A DNA stretch of 64,000 nucleotides from Clostridia bacterium (GCA_017513325.1 JAFXGC010000182.1:17106-81105), one strand, 5' to 3'; positions 11,644 to 21,872 are shown, numbered from the stretch's first letter. Numbers and translations are program-made. The notes: generated from the letters alone by a model not told the origin.

Positions 11644-12612
11644 ATGAAAACTTTAAAGATTTTGGCATTGGTTCTCGCTTCTGTTATGATGCTCACAATG
11701 TTCGTTGGTTGTGACGTTGCAGATGACGGAAAATATCAGGTTGGTATCTGCCAGCTCACAGAGCACGTTGCGCTCGACGCTGCAACTCAGGGCTTCAAGG
11801 ATGCTCTCGTTGAGGCTCTCGGCGAAGAAAATGTTGAATTTAATTATCAGAGCGCTCAGGGCGACTCCAACACTTGCTCCACAATCTGCAACCAGTTCGT
11901 TTCTGACGGCGTAGACCTCATTCTTGCAAACGCAACTCCTGCTCTCCAGGCTGCGGCAGCTGCAACAAACGAGATCCCCGTTCTCGGCACATCCGTTACA
12001 GAATACGGTGTTGCTCTTGAGATTGAAAACTTCGACGGCACAGTTGGCGGAAACATCTCCGGCACAAGCGACCTCGCTCCTCTGGACAAGCAGGCTGATA
12101 TGATCACAGAGTGGTTCCCCAACGCAAAGAAGGTTGCTCTCCTTTACTGCTCCGCTGAAGCAAACTCCAAATATCAGGTTGACGAAGTTAAGAAGTATCT
12201 TGAAGCTAAGGATATCGAAGCTACTCTCTACTCCTTCTCCGACTCCAACGATATCTCCGCTGTTTGCACAAACGCTGCTAACGAAAACGACGTTATCTAC
12301 GTTCCCACAGATAATGCTGTTGCTGACAACACAGGTATCATCGACAACATCTGCCGTCCCATGAAGAAGCCCGTTATCGCAGGCGAAGAAGGCATCTGCA
12401 ACGGCTGCGGTGTTGCAACTCTCTCCATCAGCTATTACGACCTCGGTAAGACAACAGGCGAAATGGCAGCTAAGATCCTCCGCGGCGAAGCTGACATCGC
12501 TGATATGAAGATCGAATATACAGAAGTTACAAAGAAATATAACGCTGACATCTGCGAAGCTCTCGGCATCACTCCCGTTGAAGGCTATGTAGCAATCGAA
12601 GCAGCTGAATAA
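11644..12612 (+). CDS. ABC transporter substrate-binding lipoprotein (COG2984/BMP-like family), paralog 1
   Basis: 322 aa. It has a signal peptide with lipobox LTMFVGC and sits upstream of a matching permease and ATPase. Confidence 0.8.
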   Translation: MKTLKILALVLASVMMLTMFVGCDVADDGKYQVGICQLTEHVALDAATQGFKDALVEALGEENVEFNYQSAQGDSNTCSTICNQFVSDGVDLILANATPALQAAAAATNEIPVLGTSVTEYGVALEIENFDGTVGGNISGTSDLAPLDKQADMITEWFPNAKKVALLYCSAEANSKYQVDEVKKYLEAKDIEATLYSFSDSNDISAVCTNAANENDVIYVPTDNAVADNTGIIDNICRPMKKPVIAGEEGICNGCGVATLSISYYDLGKTTGEMAAKILRGEADIADMKIEYTEVTKKYNADICEALGITPVEGYVAIEAAE

Positions 12613-12650
12613 TCCCACTATATAAACAATTCTGTAAAAAACATAAACAA

Positions 12651-12687
12651 ATCGGGTGAGAGCTATTCCATTCTCACCCGATTTTTG
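12651..12687 (+). terminator. intra-operon hairpin/terminator between the two binding-protein genes
   Basis: atcgggtgaga (12651-12661) pairs with tctcacccgat (12672-12682), followed by TTTTT. Confidence 0.6.
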
Positions 12688-12738
12688 CTATAATATGCTA
12701 TATTTATAATTTCGCTTTCCAAATGAAAGGATTTTATT

Positions 12739-13689
12739 ATGAGAAAAGCTATAAAAATGTTTTCTCTCCTGCTGGCTTCGGTTTTGATCCTTCCTTTTGC
12801 AGGCTGCACAAACAGCCGCGCAGAATATGAGATAGGTATCTGCCAGTTGGTTGAGCATTCAGCTCACGATCAGGCAACGCAAGGCTTTATGGATGCCTTG
12901 AGCGAAGAACTGGGAGAAGAAAATATCCACTACGATATTCAGAGCGCCCAGAATGATATTTCAACCTGCACCTCTATTATCAACCAGTTCGTTTCCAACG
13001 ACGTGGACCTTATTCTTGCAAACGCAACTGCCGTTTTGCAGGCTGCCGCTTCTGCCACAAGCGATATCCCGATTCTTGGAACTTCCATCACAGAATACGG
13101 TGTTGCTCTTGATATTGAAGATTTCAACGGAACCGTTGGCGGCAATATTTCAGGCACAAGCGACCTCGCTCCCCTCAGTGAGCAGGCGAAAATGATCACA
13201 GAATGGGTGCCGGATGCCAAAAACGTTGCTCTCATCTATTGCTCCGCCGAAGCAAACTCCGACTATCAGGTCAAGGTTGTTGCCGAAGAGCTTGAAAAAA
13301 TGGATATCAAAGCAAATCTCTATCCCTTCGCTGACTCGAACGATCTTGCCGCAGTTTGCCAGAAAGCGGCTGAAGAAAACGATGCCGTATACGTTCCCAC
13401 AGACAACACCGTTGCAAGCAACGCAGGTATCATTGACAACATCTGCCGTCCCCTTAAAAAGGTTGTCATCGCAGGAGAGGAAGGAACCTCCTGCGGCGCG
13501 GCGGCTCTTTCCATCAGCTATTACGATATGGGTTATACTACAGGCAAAATGGCAGCTAAGATCCTCCGCGGTGAAGCTGATATTTCCGAAATGCCTGTTG
13601 AATATACAAACGCTGTTAAAAAATACAACAAAGAGCTTTGCGATGAACTGGGAATCACCGTTCCCGACGGGTATACACCCATAAACTAA
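12739..13689 (+). CDS. ABC transporter substrate-binding lipoprotein (COG2984/BMP-like family), paralog 2
   Basis: 316 aa with lipobox LPFAGC. It is collinear with paralog 1 over its full length and roughly two-thirds identical by eye. Confidence 0.8.
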   Translation: MRKAIKMFSLLLASVLILPFAGCTNSRAEYEIGICQLVEHSAHDQATQGFMDALSEELGEENIHYDIQSAQNDISTCTSIINQFVSNDVDLILANATAVLQAAASATSDIPILGTSITEYGVALDIEDFNGTVGGNISGTSDLAPLSEQAKMITEWVPDAKNVALIYCSAEANSDYQVKVVAEELEKMDIKANLYPFADSNDLAAVCQKAAEENDAVYVPTDNTVASNAGIIDNICRPLKKVVIAGEEGTSCGAAALSISYYDMGYTTGKMAAKILRGEADISEMPVEYTNAVKKYNKELCDELGITVPDGYTPIN

Positions 13690-13723
13690 GCATCTCTCCC
13701 ACAAGAAAGGATTTTATTTTCCC

Positions 13724-14671
13724 ATGGAATTGATTTCAACTCTTGCCAAAATCCCCGGCGCTCTGCCCGGCGCCTGCGCCCAGGGCCTCATCTGGGGTAT
13801 TATGGCTATCGGTCTTTACTTTACATACCGCATTCTTGAAGTTTCCGACCTGACAGTTGACGGCTCCTTCGCCACAGGCGGCGCAGTTTGTATCGTTCTT
13901 ATGCTCAACGGCTGGAACGTTTGGCTGGCACTCCTTATGGCTTTTATCGCCGGTATGCTCTGCGGCCTTGTTACAGGTCTTCTTCACACAACCTTCGGCA
14001 TCCCCGCAATTCTTGCAGGTATCCTGACTCAGCTTGCCCTTTATTCAATCAATCTGAAAATAATAGGCAAATCAAACCAGTCCATCAACGTTGACAAATA
14101 CGACCTTCTGGTTTCTCTGCGCTGGGTTAAAAAGCTTGCTCTCAACAACCCCCTTCTCACAGTTGTCGTTATCACGATAGTGCTCGTTGCGCTCTTCTAT
14201 TGGTTCTTCGGCACAGAAATGGGATGCAGCATACGTGCAACAGGCTCTAACCTTGCAATGAGCCGCGCTCTCGGTATCAACACTGACAGAAACAAGGTGC
14301 TTGGTATTATGGTTGCTAACGCCCTCGTTGCAACAAGCGGCGCGCTCCTGGCTCAGTATCAGGGATTTGCTGACGTTAATATGGGCCGCGGCGCTATCGT
14401 TATAGGCCTGGCTTCAATCATTATCGGAGAAGCCGTTTTCGGAAAAATATTCAAAAACTTCGCGCTGAAGCTGATCGCAGTTTCTCTTGGCGCAGTTATA
14501 TACTACATAGTTGTTCAGGTGGTTATCACTATCGGTCTCGATGCAAACCTCCTCAAGCTGCTCTCAGCTGCAGTTGTTGCTGTGTTCCTTGCTATTCCTC
14601 ATCTGAAGAGCAAATATTTCGCAAAACCCGTTAAAGTTGTTGAAGAAGAGGGGGAAATTGAAAATGCTTGA
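13724..14671 (+). CDS. ABC transporter permease (COG4120 type)
   Basis: 315 aa, polytopic and hydrophobic, located between the binding proteins and the ATPase. Confidence 0.85.
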   Translation: MELISTLAKIPGALPGACAQGLIWGIMAIGLYFTYRILEVSDLTVDGSFATGGAVCIVLMLNGWNVWLALLMAFIAGMLCGLVTGLLHTTFGIPAILAGILTQLALYSINLKIIGKSNQSINVDKYDLLVSLRWVKKLALNNPLLTVVVITIVLVALFYWFFGTEMGCSIRATGSNLAMSRALGINTDRNKVLGIMVANALVATSGALLAQYQGFADVNMGRGAIVIGLASIIIGEAVFGKIFKNFALKLIAVSLGAVIYYIVVQVVITIGLDANLLKLLSAAVVAVFLAIPHLKSKYFAKPVKVVEEEGEIENA

Positions 14672-15461
14672 CATCAGCAAAGTTTATAAAACCTTTAACG
14701 TTGGAACCGTTAACGAAAAAAGAGTTCTCAAAAATCTTAACCTTCACCTTAACAAGGGCGACTTCGTGACCGTTATCGGCGGCAACGGCGCAGGTAAATC
14801 CACTATGCTTAATATGGTTGCAGGCGTTTATCCCGTTGACAGCGGCTCTATCACAATAGACGGTATCGACGTTACCAAGCTCCCCGAACATAAAAGAGCT
14901 CAGTATATCGGCAGAGTTTTCCAGGACCCTATGACAGGTACTGCCGCTACTATGCAAATAGAAGAAAACCTTGCTCTCGCCGCTCGCCGCGGTAAACCCA
15001 GAGGGTTAAAAACAGGTATCTCCAAGGCTGAACGCGAAAGCTACCGCGAGCTTCTTAAAACTCTTGATCTGGGTCTTGAAGACAGACTTACCTCTAAGGT
15101 AGGCCTTCTCTCAGGCGGTCAGCGCCAGGCGCTTACTCTGCTTATGGCTACTATGAATAACCCTAAGCTCCTTCTCCTTGACGAGCATACTGCTGCCCTT
15201 GACCCCAAAACCGCTCTTAAGGTGCTTACCCTCTCCGCTAAAATCGTTGAGGAAAATAACCTCACTACCCTTATGATCACTCATAATATGAATGACGCTA
15301 TCAAATACGGTAACCGCCTTATTATGATGAGCAACGGTCGTATCGTATTCGATGTAAGCGGCGAGGAAAAACAAAAACTTACTAAGGCTGACCTCCTTGA
15401 AAAATTCAAGATCTCCGCAGGCGAAGAACTTGCAAGTGACAGAGTGCTCCTCTCTGAATAA
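14664..15461 (+). CDS. ABC transporter ATP-binding protein (COG1101 type)
   Basis: Walker A GGNGAGKST, signature LSGGQRQ and Walker B LLLLDEH. I prefer ATG 14664 (RBS gaagaggggg upstream, overlaps the permease stop) over the track's TTG 14637. Confidence 0.9.
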   Translation: MLDISKVYKTFNVGTVNEKRVLKNLNLHLNKGDFVTVIGGNGAGKSTMLNMVAGVYPVDSGSITIDGIDVTKLPEHKRAQYIGRVFQDPMTGTAATMQIEENLALAARRGKPRGLKTGISKAERESYRELLKTLDLGLEDRLTSKVGLLSGGQRQALTLLMATMNNPKLLLLDEHTAALDPKTALKVLTLSAKIVEENNLTTLMITHNMNDAIKYGNRLIMMSNGRIVFDVSGEEKQKLTKADLLEKFKISAGEELASDRVLLSE

Positions 15462-15733
15462 TAAATAATCCCCCATCTGTTTGGTTAAAATTAGTTTATA
15501 AGGATATTCAGGAGGGACCTTTTAAGGAAAGGTCTCCTCCCGAACCCTCCCCCAAACCTCTTTGTAAAAGATCCCCTTCCACCCCCACACAAGTGGGGGT
15601 GGAAGGGGATTTTCTGCGAAAAGGTTTTGAAGGGGGTCCAGGGGGAGAACTTTTCCTCAAAAAGTTTCCCCTTGGATATTCTTACAGATTAACTTAACCA
15701 AACAGATGGGGGATTACTTATTATTCAGAGAAG
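15450..15733. repeat. nested-palindrome intergenic element, family 1, long copy
   Basis: The outer inverted repeat is tctctgaataataaATAATCCCCCATCTGTTTGGTTAA (15450-15488) against its complement at 15694-15733, with 1 mismatch. The inner core has three hairpins, including a perfect 18-bp stem (15571-15588 / 15593-15610). The core recurs at 31.9 and 51.1 kb. Confidence 0.85.
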
Positions 15734-17249
15734 CGTACTCACAAATGAGTTTGTTATGAGCGGAGCGGAATTTGATGGGATCAAATTCCACATCAGTGAA
15801 GCTTCTGAAGCAGGATTCACAAATCTCATCAGCAAGGGGCTTGTTGTGAAGAGCGATAGCGCGCAGCATCTCGTAGTCCTCAGCGGACTCACGATGCATT
15901 TCGAAGCGAGCAGAGATATAGGGCTCATTGTCACCCGGATAAAGAAGCTTGTCATCACCTGCAGGGAGCACACTGCGGCTGCCTGCATTTATATGTCCGG
16001 GACAGCTTGCCCCGTAGGGATCAAGTCCGCCCTGATAATTGTTCACCGACCAATGGAGATAACCTGAGAGATCATACTTGTAGTTAGCCCAGTAAAGATA
16101 TCGTGTTGCAAGAAGGGGAATATCCATAAAACGATTGATATACCCATCGTCTCTCGGATAAAGACAAACATAGTGCCAGACCTCGTCGCCATCCTCCTTA
16201 AAGGTTTCAAAAGCCTCACGGTTTCTTTCAAATTCGTCAGCGCGGGGCACCCAGATGTCAATGGCACCGTAAACAGGGACGTAGGACACCGCATCGTAGA
16301 TCTTTATTTCAGGCAGATATCGCCTTACCATACAAGCAAGAGCTCTGTAGGTCAGCGCGTTGAAACGGTTTGGCTCGTCTGCAATGCCGATGCAGAACAT
16401 ATCATTCTCAAGCCAGCCGTTTTCACGAAGATTTTCCCTGAGCGCAGGGAGATATTTTCTCAAAAAATCATAAGCCTCGTAGGAAAGACCGTCCATTCCG
16501 TGAACGATTATCTCAGGTCCGTCCCAAGAGCGTCTGAAGCCAATGCCGTTTATGTGGAACCCGTTAAAGCCCAGCTCAAGGAGCTTGCGGACGCGGCGGT
16601 TGAAATGGCTGAAATCAAAATGCCACTGACCGTCCTTTTTCCAGATGTGCTCAGGCTCAAGGAAATATCTGTTCTGATGCATTTTGCGAAGCATACTGAG
16701 ATATTTCCCATCCACTTCAAAAAATTCTTCACGACGATCCCGTGGGTCAAGACCGTGCTTTTCTATAACCTGATGAATGCAATAACCCATAGCTATCTTA
16801 AGGGTTTCCTTGGGGAGCTTTCCCTTTACTGTGACTTCAACGGGAATACGCACTTCACTTACACCGTCACTTAATAATATTTCCGTGGAAATATTTTCGC
16901 TTTCTGCCCTAACGGCAAAATAAATCGATGTTACATCATTTTTCTTTTCTATTTTCTCACAGTACGGCTTCATACAGTCGTACACGGAAAAAGGCGCGAT
17001 CCTCTCGGGAAAATGAGGCAAAAAACCGTTTTCAAAATTGGGGTTTGCCTCAACGGGAATGGCAATTTCCTCATATATGTCAGCCCCATCAAGACTTACA
17101 GAGAGAGCATTGTCAAAACCTCTCACTATCACCCTGAATGTTGCATAGCTGCCCGAAAGGGCATAACCTTTATATCCGTCTGTTTCGGAAGCATAATCCC
17201 AAACGTCGGGATAAGTCCACTCACAGCTGTCTATAACTTTGTATTCCAT
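15714..17249 (-). CDS. DUF4091-type (GH123-like) glycoside-hydrolase-like protein
   Basis: 511-aa ORF. Its overall layout and the IGIADEP region resemble DUF4091 proteins. The assignment is from memory only. Confidence 0.5.
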   Translation of the reverse strand: MEYKVIDSCEWTYPDVWDYASETDGYKGYALSGSYATFRVIVRGFDNALSVSLDGADIYEEIAIPVEANPNFENGFLPHFPERIAPFSVYDCMKPYCEKIEKKNDVTSIYFAVRAESENISTEILLSDGVSEVRIPVEVTVKGKLPKETLKIAMGYCIHQVIEKHGLDPRDRREEFFEVDGKYLSMLRKMHQNRYFLEPEHIWKKDGQWHFDFSHFNRRVRKLLELGFNGFHINGIGFRRSWDGPEIIVHGMDGLSYEAYDFLRKYLPALRENLRENGWLENDMFCIGIADEPNRFNALTYRALACMVRRYLPEIKIYDAVSYVPVYGAIDIWVPRADEFERNREAFETFKEDGDEVWHYVCLYPRDDGYINRFMDIPLLATRYLYWANYKYDLSGYLHWSVNNYQGGLDPYGASCPGHINAGSRSVLPAGDDKLLYPGDNEPYISARFEMHRESAEDYEMLRAIALHNKPLADEICESCFRSFTDVEFDPIKFRSAHNKLICEYASLNNK

Positions 17250-17324
17250 AATATCTCCTGTTAACCGCGAACTAAAACAGTTGACATTATTTTACCATAT
17301 CACAAATTTTTTTACAACCCCGTT

Positions 17325-18386
17325 TTACGCCCTCACCAGCTGCCCTTCTCCCTCAAGAAGCTGACCGATTGCTTCAATATCACGAATTGCCAGCTGCTTC
17401 ATATCATCGCATCGGGCATCATACCCGGCCATATTCTCCATATACGCCCAAAGCTCATCGCTGTCAAAATCAAAAGCATCAAAAGCCTTCACATCTGACG
17501 CATAGCTGAGAACATTGTCCACCTTGGGATCATAGGAAAGTGCCGCAACGGGAATGCCTGCGCCTATAGCCGCAAGAAGAAAATGAAGTCTCATGCCGAT
17601 TGCAAAATCAGCATTCTTCTGAAGACCAAGAAGGATCGATGCATCAGTGGGAGTGACCACATACCCCCCCGTTATATCTGCCATTGCCGCAGATAATGCG
17701 AAATCGCAACTATCCTGCATTGAAACAAAAACGGGAACGTGCCCCTTGATAACGAAAGGAAGAAGCGCGTGCAATAAAGCATCCTCGTTTATCTGCCTGC
17801 TGCCCTTGCAGCGCCTGAGAGAAACCGTGAAATAATTTTCCTCGTAGATTCCGCGCTCAACAAGAAAGCGACGGACCTGGTTTTTGGGCGCAGGTTCAAT
17901 AAGAAAAAATGGGTCGGAAGAAAGAACAGCCTCAACAGAAAGCTCTTCCAGCGTCTGCTTTGAAATATTGTCCCTGACGCTTATCATATCACATACACTG
18001 AGTGCGGACAATGCAACGTTGCTTCGCTTCAAAGGGCCGATGCCGTTGGCATAGGCATAAACCTTTGCGCCCATATGCTTTGCCATTTTCATAAGATGAC
18101 AATAATACCTGAGACTGCGCGCGCTCGTTGCATCCTGAATAAGACTTCCGCCGCCACTAATATATAAATCAGCGCCGTAAAAACACCGCATGATAGCCGC
18201 CGCATCATATCTGTGAACGCACTTGACCCCATATTGCCTTTTCATTTTTCCGGGGGATGCCGAAAGCACCGTTATTTCACAATCGGAATATCTGTTTTTT
18301 ATTTCATTTATAAGTACGGAAAGCACCGCTTCGTCGCCAAGACTGCCATAACCGTAATATCCGCCTATAACTATTTTCTTTTTCAT
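17325..18386 (-). CDS. csaB: polysaccharide pyruvyl transferase CsaB
   Basis: 353 aa. The N-terminus KIVIGGYYGYGSLGDEAVL is typical of the CsaB/pyruvyl-transferase family. Confidence 0.8.
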   Translation of the reverse strand: MKKKIVIGGYYGYGSLGDEAVLSVLINEIKNRYSDCEITVLSASPGKMKRQYGVKCVHRYDAAAIMRCFYGADLYISGGGSLIQDATSARSLRYYCHLMKMAKHMGAKVYAYANGIGPLKRSNVALSALSVCDMISVRDNISKQTLEELSVEAVLSSDPFFLIEPAPKNQVRRFLVERGIYEENYFTVSLRRCKGSRQINEDALLHALLPFVIKGHVPVFVSMQDSCDFALSAAMADITGGYVVTPTDASILLGLQKNADFAIGMRLHFLLAAIGAGIPVAALSYDPKVDNVLSYASDVKAFDAFDFDSDELWAYMENMAGYDARCDDMKQLAIRDIEAIGQLLEGEGQLVRA

Positions 18387-18540
18387 TTTTCCCTTTTGCC
18401 TCCTGCAAGATATACCAAGTGTTGTCTAAAGTACAAATCCTTATTCACACTATTAATATTTACACCCAACTGCTTGAAAAAAATGAAATATTATGTTATA
18501 ATACCCCCAAATAATTATGCCAAAAAAGGAGATGTTCCCT

Positions 18541-19269
18541 ATGAAGCATTATACTGAAACTTTTGAATTCGCTACATACGATAAATGCGGCAAAACAGTG
18601 CCCTACAGAATCCACTATCCCGAACACCGCGATGAAAACGGAAAATGCCCCGCAGTGCTTTTCCTTCACGGCGCAGGCGAAAGAGGAACTGACAATCAGC
18701 TTCAGCTTAGAATCGGACTTGACGTTGCAATGAAAGACGAAGACAGCCCCCTTCACGACGCTCTTATAATCGCTCCTCAGGTTGAAATGGACGAGCACCA
18801 GAAAGAGCGCTGGGTTTATTCCGATTGGGGACTTGGCAACTATAATATGGACGAGCTTGAGGAAAGCGTTTGGGTCAAGAGTGCAGTTGCTATCCTTAAG
18901 GAAAAAATCGAAGAATGTAACGTTGACCCCGAAAGAGTTTATATTATGGGTATTTCCATGGGCGGCTTCGGCAGCTGGTATATTATGGCTAAATATCCCG
19001 AGCTTTTCGCTGCAGGCTTCCCCTGCTGCGGCGCAGGCGACCCCTCCAAAGCTGATATTCTCAAAAATATCCCTATTTTCACTTTCCACGGTGAAATTGA
19101 TGACGTTGTTCCCGTTTCAGGCACAAGAGAAATGGTTGCCGCAATAAAGGCAGCAGGCGGCGATAAAATATTCTATAAGGAATATCCCGGCGTTAACCAT
19201 TGGAGCTGGGACCTTGCTTACGGCGAAAAAGAAATCATCAAGGAAATGTTTGAAATCAAAAAGAACTGA
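18541..19269 (+). CDS. alpha/beta-hydrolase esterase (phospholipase/carboxylesterase-like)
   Basis: Nucleophile elbow GISMGGFGS and an LHGAGERG oxyanion-type motif. ATG 18541 follows RBS AAGGAG (18526-18531), so I prefer it over 18517. Confidence 0.7.
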   Translation: MKHYTETFEFATYDKCGKTVPYRIHYPEHRDENGKCPAVLFLHGAGERGTDNQLQLRIGLDVAMKDEDSPLHDALIIAPQVEMDEHQKERWVYSDWGLGNYNMDELEESVWVKSAVAILKEKIEECNVDPERVYIMGISMGGFGSWYIMAKYPELFAAGFPCCGAGDPSKADILKNIPIFTFHGEIDDVVPVSGTREMVAAIKAAGGDKIFYKEYPGVNHWSWDLAYGEKEIIKEMFEIKKN

Positions 19270-19319
19270 AAACTTTGCTAATAAAGGGAAAGCCCTGCTT
19301 TGCCTTTGAATTTAAAAAA

Positions 19320-20114
19320 ATGAAAAAATTTGTTTTAATTCTTATTCTCTGTATCCTCCTCTCAGGATGCCGCCCCATCGAGCTTCCCGAGACTGTGACC
19401 GAGCCTGAACCCGATATCAATATTGAATACGAAACCCAGGCTCCCGAAACGTTGTATAATAATAACGACGGCAGAAAGATAATCTGCGTTGACGCAGGTC
19501 ACGGTTTTGACGACGTTGGATGCGGACCTTATCTTATGGGCTGCTATGAAAAAGAAGTTACCATAAAAGCTGCAAAATATCTGAAAGTTGCCCTGGAAGA
19601 ACTGGGAGCTGAGGTTATCCTCACTCACGACGGCGAAACTTATCCCGATGAAAAAGATATTATTGCAGCAGCTGAAAGGCACGGAATAACCCTCAAAGAA
19701 GAAGGAATCAAAGAGAATAACATTTTCTCCGCCTACGAAAGAGGAATTTATGAAGAGATACTGGCAAGAGACGAAGCAATAGATTTCTTCATCTCCCTGC
19801 ACGTGAACAGCGTTGAAAATGCCAGCTACGTTGACGGATATGAGCTTTACTATTGCAAAGATAATCCCAACGGGATCCTGCTTTCGCAATTCGGACAGAA
19901 TCTTTCGGAAGTTCTTGATAACGACATTTCCGTGGAAGCAACAGCATACGAAGATTCTTATATAGTTACAAAGTATTCCAAAATACCGTCAGTGCTTCTT
20001 GAGATGGGCTACGCTACCAATCCTCAGGACGCAAAGAATATGACAAGTGACGCCTGGCTGCAAAACCTTGCCCGAACACTTGCGGCAGAAATTGTTAATA
20101 TAGTTGAAAATTGA
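19320..20114 (+). CDS. N-acetylmuramoyl-L-alanine amidase (Amidase_3) lipoprotein
   Basis: Motifs VDAGHG, ISLHVNS and LLEMGYATNPQD. The start at ATG 19320 gives MKKFVLILILCILLSGC, which carries a lipobox. Confidence 0.8.
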   Translation: MKKFVLILILCILLSGCRPIELPETVTEPEPDINIEYETQAPETLYNNNDGRKIICVDAGHGFDDVGCGPYLMGCYEKEVTIKAAKYLKVALEELGAEVILTHDGETYPDEKDIIAAAERHGITLKEEGIKENNIFSAYERGIYEEILARDEAIDFFISLHVNSVENASYVDGYELYYCKDNPNGILLSQFGQNLSEVLDNDISVEATAYEDSYIVTKYSKIPSVLLEMGYATNPQDAKNMTSDAWLQNLARTLAAEIVNIVEN

Positions 20115-20126
20115 TGGGAGTGTATT

Positions 20127-21872
20127 ATGATACCAAGACCTGAATATCCCCGCCCCCAGCTTGTGCGCGGAGAAGAAAGCTGGATAAACCTGAACGGCAA
20201 ATGGTTTTTCGAAATAGATAACGCTGAAAGCGGCGGACAGAGAGGCCTTTACAAAATGGATCGCTACGACAAAGAGATCCTGGTGCCCTTTGTTCCCGAA
20301 AGCGAAGCTTCAGGTATTGAAAATATAGACTTTATGACCCGCGTTTGGTATTGCCGCACCTTCACCCTGCCCGAAAGCTTTGACGGCACAAAGGGCAAAA
20401 TACTGCTCCACTTCGGCGCAATGAACTATGAAGGACAGGTGTGGATAAACGATTCCTTTATGGGCGAGCATAAGGGTGGCTACGTTCCTGCAACCTTTGA
20501 TATCACAACCGCAGTGCAGACAGGCGAAAATAGAATCAATGTCACCTGCAAAAATGAGGTGAGAAATCCTCTGCAGCCCTCGGGCAAACAGTGCTCCTCA
20601 TATGCAAACCACGGCTGCTTCTACACTCGCTGCACCGGCATATGGCAGACTGTCTGGATAGAATACGTTCCAAATACCTATATAGACAGCATCAAAATGC
20701 TCCCCGACGTTAAGGGCGAAAAGCTTGACGTTACGGTGTACCTTGCAGGCGGAAACGCTGATATTACGGCAAAGGTGTTCTACAAGGGCGAGTTTGTAAG
20801 CGAAGCAAAAGCCACGAGTAGCTGCAACACCGCAACGTTTTCCGTGAACGTGCCCAACCCTCACCTGTGGAACGTTGGCGCACCTGAACTTTACGATATT
20901 GAGATCACAGCAGGAGAAGATAAGATAACCTCCTATTTTGGCATGCGCAGCGTTGACATCGTTGGCAATAAATTTTTGCTCAATGGCAAAAGCGTTTTTA
21001 TGCGCCTCGTGCTTGATCAGGGATATTACGAAAAAGGTATCTACACCGCCCTCAGCGACGACGAATTCGTTCGCGATATAAAGCTTTCTATGGCGGCAGG
21101 CTTTAACGGCGCAAGAATGCATATGAAGGTGTTTGAGCCCCGATTTATCTATCACGCAGACAGAATGGGCTATCTCCTCTGGGATGAATTTCCCAACTGG
21201 GGACTTGATATTGCCCGTCCCGAAGCGATGAACTCCATGATCCCCGAATGGCTTCAGATCCTCCGCCGCGATGTGAACAGCCCCGCTGTAATCGGCTGGT
21301 GCGCTTTTAACGAGTCCTGGCCCGGCGGCTCCCCCACCCTTTATAACACAACGTATGATATAACAAAAATGTTTGATCCCACACGTCCCGTGATCGACAC
21401 TTCCGGCTGGATCCATCTGGGTAAAACAGATATATTTGACGTTCACGACTACGTTCAGCCCAAAGACGAGTTTGAAGGCCACTATAAAGGCCTTGTTGAC
21501 GGCAGCGACGTTTTCTATAACGGAGAAGGCGGCGGCCCCTCTGCACCTTACGACAGAAAAATGCCCTTTTTCGTTTCCGAATTCGGCGGAGCTTTTTGGG
21601 ATATAGATACAAAAGAAGAAAGTCACGGACAGGAATCGGGCAATCCCTGGGGATACGGCGACGCACCTAAAACAAAAGAAGAATTGCAGCAAAGAATGAT
21701 CGACCTTTGCACAGTGCTTCTTGATAACCCCGGAGTTTGCGGCTTCTGCTACACTCAGTTCACTGACGTTATGCAGGAAATGAACGGAGTTTTCTCCTTC
21801 GACCGACGCTCCAAAGTTGATCTTGAAAAACTTCACGCGGCTCTTTCACGCAAGGCTGCTATAGAAGATTAA
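20127..21872 (+). CDS. glycoside hydrolase family 2 protein
   Basis: 581 aa. The N-terminus RPEYPRPQLVRGEESWINLNGKWFFE, a sugar-binding jelly-roll and a TIM barrel with a WCAFNES acid/base region fit GH2. Confidence 0.8.
   Translation: MIPRPEYPRPQLVRGEESWINLNGKWFFEIDNAESGGQRGLYKMDRYDKEILVPFVPESEASGIENIDFMTRVWYCRTFTLPESFDGTKGKILLHFGAMNYEGQVWINDSFMGEHKGGYVPATFDITTAVQTGENRINVTCKNEVRNPLQPSGKQCSSYANHGCFYTRCTGIWQTVWIEYVPNTYIDSIKMLPDVKGEKLDVTVYLAGGNADITAKVFYKGEFVSEAKATSSCNTATFSVNVPNPHLWNVGAPELYDIEITAGEDKITSYFGMRSVDIVGNKFLLNGKSVFMRLVLDQGYYEKGIYTALSDDEFVRDIKLSMAAGFNGARMHMKVFEPRFIYHADRMGYLLWDEFPNWGLDIARPEAMNSMIPEWLQILRRDVNSPAVIGWCAFNESWPGGSPTLYNTTYDITKMFDPTRPVIDTSGWIHLGKTDIFDVHDYVQPKDEFEGHYKGLVDGSDVFYNGEGGGPSAPYDRKMPFFVSEFGGAFWDIDTKEESHGQESGNPWGYGDAPKTKEELQQRMIDLCTVLLDNPGVCGFCYTQFTDVMQEMNGVFSFDRRSKVDLEKLHAALSRKAAIED

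Noticed and set aside
11653-13704. Long antisense ORFs (321 aa at 11653-12618 and 184 aa at 13150-13704, minus strand) opposite the binding-protein genes
   Set aside because: These are shadow ORFs of strongly supported plus-strand genes. Their composition is Cys/Val/Asn-rich and low-complexity, and there are no motifs or RBS.
20598-21836. 412-aa minus-strand ORF
   Set aside because: It is antisense to the GH2 gene, which has clear family motifs. The antisense product has no recognisable features.
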